Below the pieces are notes generated by a model, which was not told where the DNA came from, did not search any database, and saw nothing but the letters and a program-made list of their open reading frames with translations. Shown here in pieces: positions 48,280-56,548 of a DNA stretch of 64,000 nt (the stretch's first letter is position 1; every line of letters begins with the position of its first letter). Source of the DNA: Candidatus Babeliales bacterium (lineage in GTDB: Bacteria > Babelota > Babeliae > Babelales > Vermiphilaceae); the NCBI GenBank assembly GCA_963743635.1, contig CAVUQO010000003.1:256001-320000 (forward strand), read 5' to 3'. Both the position numbers and the translations under genes were made by a program.

Positions 48280-48956
48280 GAGCACTTGCTAAATTGCTGT
48301 GTTTTTAAATAGTGCGGCATGAGTTGATGCGAAACATTTTCATGACGTTCCCAGTGCGCAAGTCCCATCAAGCCTATTTGCTGTATTGAACAGGTGTGGG
48401 GAATTGGTTCAGGAATAATGGCGCGAGTGCCGAAAAGTTCATCGATAAGCGGACGATAGGTTGCGATTGCATTGCCTAGCCATTGTATTGTTGGAGCGTC
48501 TGCAAACGCCGTCGCGATTTCCTTCAGGAACTGTTCCCCGTTTGCGGAACCGGTAACCAGCATGTCATCTTGATCGTAGTAGGCATAATATACATCATGA
48601 CCGAATGCATTGAGCATGCAGATCGTGCGATCGTATGTCGGATTTTTATATTCAGTGATGAAAGCCAGAAGACCATCTACTCCCACCAATTTAACCGTAC
48701 TCGCGAAGGCGATGCCATTGAGCGTGGCGATAACCGTTCGGAGTGTGGTAAAGGGACCAGGACCGTAATTTGCGGCGATAAAGGCAAGATCAGAAAGCTT
48801 GAGTTGATGCTCGGCGAGTGCGCGGTCAAGAGTTGGGATGAGTTCAGCGCTCGCCTGAAATTTACTTATATGATAATGAGCAAGCATGACCTGCCCTCGA
48901 AAGAGTGCGAATTCTATGCCATCATAGGTGTGTTGTATTGCTAAGAAGATGTTCAT
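48276..48956 (-). CDS. tsaB: tRNA threonylcarbamoyladenosine biosynthesis protein TsaB
   Basis: GPGPFTTLR...NGIAFA; C-terminal L.P.YL. Confidence 0.9.
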   Translation of the reverse strand: MNIFLAIQHTYDGIEFALFRGQVMLAHYHISKFQASAELIPTLDRALAEHQLKLSDLAFIAANYGPGPFTTLRTVIATLNGIAFASTVKLVGVDGLLAFITEYKNPTYDRTICMLNAFGHDVYYAYYDQDDMLVTGSANGEQFLKEIATAFADAPTIQWLGNAIATYRPLIDELFGTRAIIPEPIPHTCSIQQIGLMGLAHWERHENVSHQLMPHYLKTQQFSKCS

Positions 48957-48962
48957 GAAAAA

Positions 48963-49142
48963 TTAACCGCGATTCCTTGATTTATTTTGTTGATAAAAAA
49001 CACTAAAGGAGTCGAATTCAATGTTTTTTTCCTTACGTAGTATTATTTTACCACAATTTAGGCATTTCCATCCATCAAAATTGAGGAAATGATCGAAAAA
49101 AGATTGTAAAACCATGGTGCCTTCGCATTTTTTACATTTCAT
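48963..49142 (-). CDS. Small zinc-ribbon protein
   Basis: MKCKKCEG.M...WKCLNCG; SD AGGAGG. Confidence 0.75.
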   Translation of the reverse strand: MKCKKCEGTMVLQSFFDHFLNFDGWKCLNCGKIILRKEKNIEFDSFSVFYQQNKSRNRG

Positions 49143-49328
49143 TGTACCGCCTCCTTTTTTTACGGGGCACAAAGAACGCTCATGGAGTCTATATCGGTTT
49201 TATGGCGCACCCATCAGCAATGATGGGTGTGAGCGAACAGAGTTTCCACGTGGCTTCATTACATTTCAAAAGGTAAGCAATTTACCTTCCTAATGTCAAT
49301 GGTTCATCTTTTGGTAGATTTCGCTACT

Positions 49329-49388
49329 CCCTACTTCGCTATCCTTCGACACTTTGACCAGCTCAGGGACGAGCTACGAGGGGCAGGC
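49329..49388. repeat. Family II repeat with a family I remnant nested in its loop
   Basis: CCCTACTTCGCT-[ATCCTTCGAC...GCTCAGGGACG]-AGCTACGAGGGGCAGGC. Confidence 0.75.
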
Positions 49389-49400
49389 AGGAGGAGGTAA

Positions 49401-49826
49401 TTATTCCGTATCAGAATCATCGGAGCGATGAAAGGCGCGATAATCAAGGTAGGAAGAAAGGATAAAGGCGGCTGCCACTGAATGGGCTTGAATTTTTTCT
49501 TCTTTTGATCGGGATTGCTTGAGAGAATCGGCTCGCTTGCTGCTTAATCGTTCATCCCATAACACCCAGGTCTTATCAGGAAATGTTGCTTCGAGGTGTT
49601 CTTTGGCGGCAACAACCTTTTTAGTTTGATCGCTTTCAGTGCCACGCATTGTTTTCGGGTAGCCGACAACAACTGTACCAATATTTTCTTGTTTGAAAAG
49701 AGCTGTCAGGAATGCATCAAGTTCACCGGTTGCGGCTGTTTTATAGGGGCGGGCAGTGATGCCCAAAGCATCTGAAAGGGCCGTTCCAGTCCACGCATCA
49801 CCAATATCAAGGCCAAGCAGTTTCAT
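49401..49826 (-). CDS. ruvX: Pre-16S rRNA nuclease / Holliday junction resolvase-like RuvX (YqgF)
   Basis: LGLDIG...G.ALSD, VVGYP and WDERLSS motifs. Confidence 0.92.
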   Translation of the reverse strand: MKLLGLDIGDAWTGTALSDALGITARPYKTAATGELDAFLTALFKQENIGTVVVGYPKTMRGTESDQTKKVVAAKEHLEATFPDKTWVLWDERLSSKRADSLKQSRSKEEKIQAHSVAAAFILSSYLDYRAFHRSDDSDTE

Positions 49827-49912
49827 GATTTCACCAAAAGGGGTATGAAAAATTGATAAAAATAATATAATGATTTCCTCTACTATACATCAATAAGTAA
49901 GGAAAAGAAATT

Positions 49913-51286
49913 ATGACGAATATGGAAGCATTATTTACAAAGCTTCAAGCATTAACTGGTTGGCCGCTGATAATTTATGTAGTAACAGCAACTATCATTT
50001 GTACCTTTGCGCTTCAATTTTTACAGTTTCGTTATTTTGTAAATGCCTGGAAATATGTTTTTGCTCCAAGCAAAGCAGCGGCAGGCTCTGATAAAATAGT
50101 TCATATGACTACGTTGCAGGCGTTCATTAGTACATTAAGTGCCAACTTGGGTAACGGTAGTATTGCCGGCATGGCAACCGCGATTTATTCGGGCGGTCCA
50201 GGCGCAGCTTTCTGGGTTTTGGTTATTGGCATATTCTTAATGGTTATTCGCTTTGCTGAAGTTTTTTTAAGTATTTATTATGCCAATACGGCATCGACGC
50301 GTGCGGGGCTTGGTGGGCCAATGCTCTATCTGCGTAATGTTCCTGGTGGATACATTCTTGCTGCGTTGTATGGATTTATTACCCTTTGTTTTGGATTGAT
50401 TGGTGGTAATGGTGTCCAGACTAACTCTATCAGTGATAGTTTGACAACCACCTGGAATATCCCCAAGGAAATTAGTGCGGTTGCGCTCCTCATCTTTGTA
50501 TTTTACATAGTATCAGGCGGTGCTGCGCGGATTGCGCGTGTTTCTGAACGTTTGGTTCCGCTGAAAGTTGCTACGTTTTTTCTTTCCACGTTCGCTATTT
50601 TGATCTGGCACCGTGCAGAAATTATCCCTGCTTTAAAAATTATTTGGGAGAGTGCATTTCATCCCATGTCTATAATGGGTGGAGCAGCTGGTGTTACGGT
50701 TTTTACCGTTCAGCAAGCTATGCAGTTTGGTATTACACGTTCCATTTTTGCAACAGAAACGGGCCTTGGTACTGCGGGAATTTTATTTAGTGCAACCGGC
50801 AGCGAAGAGCCGGTCAAAGATGGCATTATGTCTATGTTAAGTACCTTTATCAGTACACTTGTCTGTTTTATCGTTGCATTGTGCATATTGGTCAGTAATG
50901 TCTTGCCTGCCGGTCTTACCGAAGGGTTGTATGGTATGCCACTCACTATCGCTGCTTTTGATACCGTATTTGGATATTTTGGCGGGTGGATAGTGACGTT
51001 CTTGGCGGTAAGTTTTGGCGCTGGCGTTTTGGTTTCTTATGCTTACGTTACGCGAGAAGTATGGCTTTTTCTTACGGGAGGTCGCTTTTCATTTCTCTTT
51101 AACGTCGTGTACTGCGCGGTTGCGTTTATTGCTGCATTAACTAAAAGTGAAACGGTATGGAACCTTGTTGGCATTATTATTGCCTTAATGTTGTTTATAA
51201 ATTTATATGGTATGGTTTGTTTGATTCCAGTCATAAGGAGAGCACTTGCAGCATTCAAGGATACCCGTGATCACACGAGCAGTTGA
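49913..51286 (+). CDS. Alanine/glycine:cation symporter (AGCS) family transporter
   Basis: GNGSIAG.ATAI..GGPGA.FW, GGPM.Y and E.GLGT motifs. Confidence 0.9.
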   Translation: MTNMEALFTKLQALTGWPLIIYVVTATIICTFALQFLQFRYFVNAWKYVFAPSKAAAGSDKIVHMTTLQAFISTLSANLGNGSIAGMATAIYSGGPGAAFWVLVIGIFLMVIRFAEVFLSIYYANTASTRAGLGGPMLYLRNVPGGYILAALYGFITLCFGLIGGNGVQTNSISDSLTTTWNIPKEISAVALLIFVFYIVSGGAARIARVSERLVPLKVATFFLSTFAILIWHRAEIIPALKIIWESAFHPMSIMGGAAGVTVFTVQQAMQFGITRSIFATETGLGTAGILFSATGSEEPVKDGIMSMLSTFISTLVCFIVALCILVSNVLPAGLTEGLYGMPLTIAAFDTVFGYFGGWIVTFLAVSFGAGVLVSYAYVTREVWLFLTGGRFSFLFNVVYCAVAFIAALTKSETVWNLVGIIIALMLFINLYGMVCLIPVIRRALAAFKDTRDHTSS

Positions 51287-52730
51287 CGACTATAATAATG
51301 AAGCATCGCACTTATTTCCAAAAAAATATCCAGTAACCTGTCACACTGACCACGTCGAGCCAGGATCAACCTTCGTTGCGATCAAAGGATTTCAACAAGA
51401 TGGTCTTGCCTACATTCCACGTGCGTTAGAACATGGCGCTACCACGATTGTGGTAGATCAAGATGCCATTATTACATCTGATCTTTTGCAGCGCATTGAG
51501 CGGGCTGGCGCATGTTTGGTGCGTGTCCCCAATACTCGCAAAGCATTGGCGCAAATGAGTGCGCGCGCAAATGGATATCCCGCAAAAAAATTACGCATCT
51601 TGGCAGTGACCGGCACTAAAGGAAAAACAACCTGTTCCTATCTGCTTGCACATAGTTTGCGCGCATTGGGAAATAGTGTTGCCTTGTTAAGTACTGTTAC
51701 CAATCAAATTAACGATGAAATATTGCCGACCGAATTGACCACGCAACAACCAGATTATCTCCATACTTTCTTTAAAGTGTGCGTAAATCGCGGTGTGCAG
51801 TTCGTTGTCATGGAAGTTGCTGCGCAAGCACAAACGCTCTATCGCACCTATGATATTGAGTTTGATGGTATTCTTTTCACCAACTTCTCTCAAGAACACG
51901 CTGAATTTTACGCAACGCAAGAAGAGTATTTTCAGGCAAAATGTGCCCTCTTTGCTCAAGCAAAATCGAATGCACCGTGTCTCGTGAATGCAGATGATCC
52001 GCGTTTTGAAGAAATCCGTGCTGCATTTTCATCTATTCAATCATATAGTTGCAATAATCAGGAAAGTACTTATCGTGCAGAGGTTTCAGAAGAAACAGTC
52101 TGTGAAGTGAGTGCGACCTGCATTAAACAAGATATGCAAATCCCAGTTTCATGTTCTGCACTTATTGGGCGATTTAACGTTTATAATGTGTTGGGCGTAA
52201 TGGGTTTACTTGTTTCTCTTGGTTATTCCGAAGCATTGGTTGCACAAGCAATTAGCAGCTTTCCGGGCGTACCCGGAAGATTGGAGCGTTACCGTTTACC
52301 TAATGGAGCTCAATGCTTTATCGATTATGCACATAATCCTTCATCATTTGAGGCAGTCCTTTCAACGCTTGCGGGACTAACTGACGACTTGATTGTGGTG
52401 TTTGGTGCTGGCGGTGATCGAGATCGGGTCAAGCGTCCCATCATGGGAGCAATTGCAGCACGTTATGCGCAGCGCATTATTTTGACCTCCGATAATCCTC
52501 GCTCTGAAGATCCACAGACCATTATTAGCGAGATTATGTATGGCGTTGATTCAACTGAAGGCAAAGTGATACAAGAACTTGATCGTGCGCATGCTATTAA
52601 GCGCGCGTATGAAGTATCACGGCCAGAGAGTATCATCGCAGTACTCGGTAAAGGTCCGGATGAATATCAGTTAGTAAAGGGTGTAAAGACGTTTTTCAGT
52701 GATGTGAAAACGGTTTTATCGTTAAACTAA
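51246..52730 (+). CDS. murE: UDP-MurNAc-tripeptide ligase MurE (meso-DAP type); start uncertain
   Basis: VTGTKGKTT, DYAHNP, FGAGGDRD..KR..MG and DNPR motifs. Confidence 0.92.
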   Translation: MQHSRIPVITRAVDDYNNEASHLFPKKYPVTCHTDHVEPGSTFVAIKGFQQDGLAYIPRALEHGATTIVVDQDAIITSDLLQRIERAGACLVRVPNTRKALAQMSARANGYPAKKLRILAVTGTKGKTTCSYLLAHSLRALGNSVALLSTVTNQINDEILPTELTTQQPDYLHTFFKVCVNRGVQFVVMEVAAQAQTLYRTYDIEFDGILFTNFSQEHAEFYATQEEYFQAKCALFAQAKSNAPCLVNADDPRFEEIRAAFSSIQSYSCNNQESTYRAEVSEETVCEVSATCIKQDMQIPVSCSALIGRFNVYNVLGVMGLLVSLGYSEALVAQAISSFPGVPGRLERYRLPNGAQCFIDYAHNPSSFEAVLSTLAGLTDDLIVVFGAGGDRDRVKRPIMGAIAARYAQRIILTSDNPRSEDPQTIISEIMYGVDSTEGKVIQELDRAHAIKRAYEVSRPESIIAVLGKGPDEYQLVKGVKTFFSDVKTVLSLN

Positions 52731-52803
52731 TATAGATTCCCTTTATTTCAATTCCGGCTAGACTTATCAAAAATTAAGGTGAATTTTTGATAAGGAGATC
52801 GTT

Positions 52804-53400
52804 ATGGCATTGTATGATGACATTAAAGGAAAAAATGTAGTCCTCGTGATTGCAAGTGAAGGGTTTCAGCCAATCGAGTATGGCGTTACGAAAGACGTGC
52901 TTGAAGAAGCAGGCGTCATCGTTACGACTGCGAGTGATAAGTCGGGTGGCGCGGTAGCAACCGATAATTCAGTCGTGCCAGTGGACATTGCGGTCGACGA
53001 CATTGATGTTGCCGATTACGATGGCATTTTTCTCATAGGTGGCAGTGGTGCAATGACGATGCTTGATAATGGGAGTGTCTATAAACTCTTTAAGGAAGCT
53101 GAAAGACGCTCCATGCCTTATGGTGCCATTTGCGCAGGAACTCGCATTCTTGCAAAAGCAGACGTTATGATCGACAAACAAGCAACCGGTTGGAATGGAG
53201 ATAATGCATTGCTTGCCATTTATAATGGACACGGCGTCACGCTTATCGATAAAGATGTAGTCATTCATGGATTGTTGGTAACCGCAGTCGGACCAACATC
53301 AGCCGAAGCCTTTGGCAAAGCAATTATTCGCGTCCTCATGAAAGTAGCTTTGGGCGGTCACGCTGATTCTGATGGTACCGTTTATTTTGAAGTTGAATGA
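52804..53400 (+). CDS. DJ-1/PfpI family protein
   Basis: GFQ.IEY, YDGIFLIGG.G and AICAG motifs. Confidence 0.88.
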   Translation: MALYDDIKGKNVVLVIASEGFQPIEYGVTKDVLEEAGVIVTTASDKSGGAVATDNSVVPVDIAVDDIDVADYDGIFLIGGSGAMTMLDNGSVYKLFKEAERRSMPYGAICAGTRILAKADVMIDKQATGWNGDNALLAIYNGHGVTLIDKDVVIHGLLVTAVGPTSAEAFGKAIIRVLMKVALGGHADSDGTVYFEVE

Positions 53401-53413
53401 TAAAGAGGATGGT

Positions 53414-54013
53414 ATGTGTAAGAAAGTATTCATATATTTGAGTCTGACGATACTCTGTAGTGGATTGCGCGCAATGGAAAGCATGGATGATGATTGGGAA
53501 AAGGTGGAAAAGGTAGATGTTTCTCAAACGGTTGTTACACATAATACGGTTGTTACGCATAATTTAGACGACTGGGATGCGAATGCAGATCCGGTGGCGT
53601 TGCCAGTGCCCAAGGAGCCGGCGGTAACACAGGCCTCATCATCTCAACACCAGCAGACTCAAGCCGCAAGATCTGAATCGCCTTTAACATTTCCGACCGA
53701 AGCTCAAAAAAAGCAAATGCTCGCCAATATTGCAGCAAGAGAGGCAACTCAGCAAAGAAAATCGATCAAAGATCATATGTCAAAAAATGACGTTCCGCCG
53801 ACTCTTGAGATACCAATGCAACGGTTAGATGATGCTACAAAGGACAAACCAGCTCATGCAAAAGTATTTTCCTCTTTAGATAAAGAGATGGAAGGCATGA
53901 ATGTCGTTGATTTTTTCTGGGCATTTACAAGTCCTCTGACTGAATTTGCACAAACGGTTGCACAAGTACTCGTTCCCAAAGAGGCTAACGATGACGTACA
54001 TTCTCGGCAATAA
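53414..54013 (+). CDS. Hypothetical secreted low-complexity protein
   Basis: Leader ...LRA-ME; DDDWEKV motif. Confidence 0.7.
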   Translation: MCKKVFIYLSLTILCSGLRAMESMDDDWEKVEKVDVSQTVVTHNTVVTHNLDDWDANADPVALPVPKEPAVTQASSSQHQQTQAARSESPLTFPTEAQKKQMLANIAAREATQQRKSIKDHMSKNDVPPTLEIPMQRLDDATKDKPAHAKVFSSLDKEMEGMNVVDFFWAFTSPLTEFAQTVAQVLVPKEANDDVHSRQ

Positions 54014-54080
54014 TAAGAACAATACCTTCAGATCGTATGAAAACGAATAATATGGAATGATCGCTATGAAAGAGTTGTGT

Positions 54081-54434
54081 ATGAAGAAGAGTTTTATTCT
54101 TGGAATGATTTTTCTGATAATGCATCAGATCAGTAACCCAATGGGATTACCTACGGAAGAAGATATTGTTGTCGATTCCACTTGGAAGGGATTATCCAAA
54201 TTATTAAAGGATGAAGAGGATCATTTTGAGGATGCAAGTTCAGAATGGGCAGAAAAAGGTTCAGACTCAGAGCAAGATCAACGTTATGATGATGAATTAC
54301 GAGCCTCGGTGATCAACAACAAAGACTGCGATAAAATATGTAAAGCACTCACCATAACAGCCTCCGTTGCGATTGGTGCAATATGCATATTGTTGAGTTA
54401 TCGTAATTCTACTGTGGTCAGCGAATCGTTATAA
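54081..54434 (+). CDS. Hypothetical secreted acidic protein with C-terminal TM helix
   Basis: MKKSFILG signal; hydrophobic tail. Confidence 0.62.
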   Translation: MKKSFILGMIFLIMHQISNPMGLPTEEDIVVDSTWKGLSKLLKDEEDHFEDASSEWAEKGSDSEQDQRYDDELRASVINNKDCDKICKALTITASVAIGAICILLSYRNSTVVSESL

Positions 54435-54477
54435 TGAACAGAAATTAACACCGCAATATCGTAGGGAAGGGATATTT

Positions 54478-54738
54478 ATGAAAAAGATGGTTGTTATCGC
54501 GATTGTTCTTTTAGGCATGAATGGCGTTGCATGGTCAATGGAGGCAGCTGAAAGAACGCAGCTTACGCAGCGCAAAAAACAAGTGCAACAGGATAAGAAC
54601 GTTAAGGATGTTGTATTATATTTCGAAGATCCGGATACTTTAGCAGATGCGTATGTAAACGTTTTGATATTATGGTGCTGGCACTGTGATGATGATGCCG
54701 CCTCCGAAATGTTCATGAGATTGAGAAGCAAAAAATAA
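54478..54738 (+). CDS. Hypothetical secreted protein
   Basis: Leader ...AWS-ME. Confidence 0.6.
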   Translation: MKKMVVIAIVLLGMNGVAWSMEAAERTQLTQRKKQVQQDKNVKDVVLYFEDPDTLADAYVNVLILWCWHCDDDAASEMFMRLRSKK

Positions 54739-54793
54739 GGCCATGAGTCGGTCAAGTAGGAACGACTCTGAACGAGTTAAAAAAGGGAGAGGT

Positions 54794-55057
54794 ATGAAGA
54801 ATAATATATTGTTTTTTTGTATAATGAGCATGACGATAAGCAATGGGCTTTGCGCTCAGGATGAAGAGAATCAGCAGCCGGATAGATTGGGTCAGCAGTC
54901 GAGTCATTTTGTTATCTCTGCTTCTAATAATTCTGGAACAACAGAGCCGCTCTTATTGCCTGCTCATAAACGTATTATGAGCTCGGCTGAAAAAGTTGGG
55001 CTTGCTGCTTTTGTCTTAACATCTATGTCGCTCGCGGCGTATGTCGGCCTTCAGTAG
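54794..55057 (+). CDS. Hypothetical secreted protein with C-terminal TM helix
   Basis: SD GGGAGAGG; signal peptide. Confidence 0.6.
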   Translation: MKNNILFFCIMSMTISNGLCAQDEENQQPDRLGQQSSHFVISASNNSGTTEPLLLPAHKRIMSSAEKVGLAAFVLTSMSLAAYVGLQ

Positions 55058-55085
55058 CAATCATCTCTGGGTGAAAAGGAACTCT

Positions 55086-55424
55086 ATGAAAAGTACACTC
55101 ATCATTGCCGCTTTTCTGAGCATCTTCGTGCATGAAGGATTATGTAATGGGACGTGGCCTGAACGAATGTTAATTATCCCACATACTCCCCAGCAAGAAG
55201 TGGTGATTGCGCACGATCCTTTGGATGTAGATCCCCTGCATGAAGAGCAGACGATGCAAGATATCGATGCATTTGTGGGAGAGCATAGAAGAAATACATT
55301 CTATGATTCCATGGCCGCTTTGATTTCAAAGCCGGTCATCGTGACTATGGCATCATGTGTTGTCGTAGCTAATTTGGTTACAGCACGTTTTCTTCTAGAA
55401 ACTCTAACAGATCGGTACAATTGA
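55086..55424 (+). CDS. Hypothetical secreted protein with C-terminal TM helix
   Basis: SD AAGGA; MKSTLII signal. Confidence 0.6.
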   Translation: MKSTLIIAAFLSIFVHEGLCNGTWPERMLIIPHTPQQEVVIAHDPLDVDPLHEEQTMQDIDAFVGEHRRNTFYDSMAALISKPVIVTMASCVVVANLVTARFLLETLTDRYN

Positions 55425-55478
55425 TTGCTAATTATGACATTATGGCTAACAAAACAATCCTATAAGGAAAAAAAACCA

Positions 55479-55937
55479 ATGAAAAAAGCATTAATAATAG
55501 TCGCTTTATTGAGTGCATCATACTCTTCTGTCCAATGCATGGACGAAGGTCAAACACCTCTTTTGTCATTAGAACAACATTCGCAGAGTAATTCACCACC
55601 ATATCAGCCTGCAGCATCTGCTCCACGTGATGACCAGCATGATCAAATGGAAAGACGGCTACCGCAAGCCAATGATGTCTATATGACGTATCAAGAATGG
55701 TGGGATCAGCATAAGGTGCCGGCCGACATCCGCAGTAAGAGCATGCGTGAGCAAGAAGCATGGATGATGGAAAAGAAACTTGCAGATGCTCGGAGGCAAG
55801 AAGAAGGGCAAAGGCGAGAAAAAGCGCAGTTGGTTAAACAGCTAGAAAAAAACATAAATGATGAAAAAGGGTCATGCTTTGTATACGGGGCATGCGCGGC
55901 TTGTATAGTGTGTAAGCTGCTGACAGGAACACCATAA
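55479..55937 (+). CDS. Hypothetical secreted protein with Cys-rich tail
   Basis: Leader ...VQC-MD; tail CFVYGACAACIVC. Confidence 0.68.
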   Translation: MKKALIIVALLSASYSSVQCMDEGQTPLLSLEQHSQSNSPPYQPAASAPRDDQHDQMERRLPQANDVYMTYQEWWDQHKVPADIRSKSMREQEAWMMEKKLADARRQEEGQRREKAQLVKQLEKNINDEKGSCFVYGACAACIVCKLLTGTP

Positions 55938-55955
55938 AAATTAGAAAGGACATCA

Positions 55956-56399
55956 ATGAAACGAACATTATTATTTGCCACCTTATTGATTGCATCATGC
56001 ACTACCGTACAGTGCATGGATCAAAGAAGGCTTTTGGAAAATAATTCAAGTGCCATGGAGAGGGGCGTTCGAGAATATGGAGAGGATAAATGTCCGCCGT
56101 ATATGTTGCAAATTAAGTATGGGGATGAAATAACCTGTAGATCTCGGTGCTGCTGTTTATGGGACATTGAATGTGATCAAGCAGGCGAAGAAGGCTGTGC
56201 GCATTGCTGCAGCAGTGCTTGTTGTTGTCTGTGTGTTGCGGGGGCAATAGCGGGTGTCATAACCGGCTGCGTTTATTTTGTACAATGGACGAAGTCATGT
56301 GATTCAGGTTGGTATAACCCTGATTGCTACAATTCTACGACCCCTTCTAATGTGACCTATGCCAATTTGACTCAATTGGTTAAGTCTAAAATGGAATAA
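55956..56399 (+). CDS. Hypothetical secreted Cys-rich TM protein
   Basis: Leader ...VQC-MD; CCCLW and CAHCCSSACCCLC. Confidence 0.7.
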   Translation: MKRTLLFATLLIASCTTVQCMDQRRLLENNSSAMERGVREYGEDKCPPYMLQIKYGDEITCRSRCCCLWDIECDQAGEEGCAHCCSSACCCLCVAGAIAGVITGCVYFVQWTKSCDSGWYNPDCYNSTTPSNVTYANLTQLVKSKME

Positions 56400-56548
56400 A
56401 TTTATCAAAACCTGAGGGATATGGACCGCTCTAACCTAGAATAATAGCTAACCTACTAGGAAATCTTTACAAAATATGGGTATCCCGGTACAATAAATAT
56501 CTCGTTAATTAGTATAAATACACGTTTTTTAACAATGGAGTTACCTCT

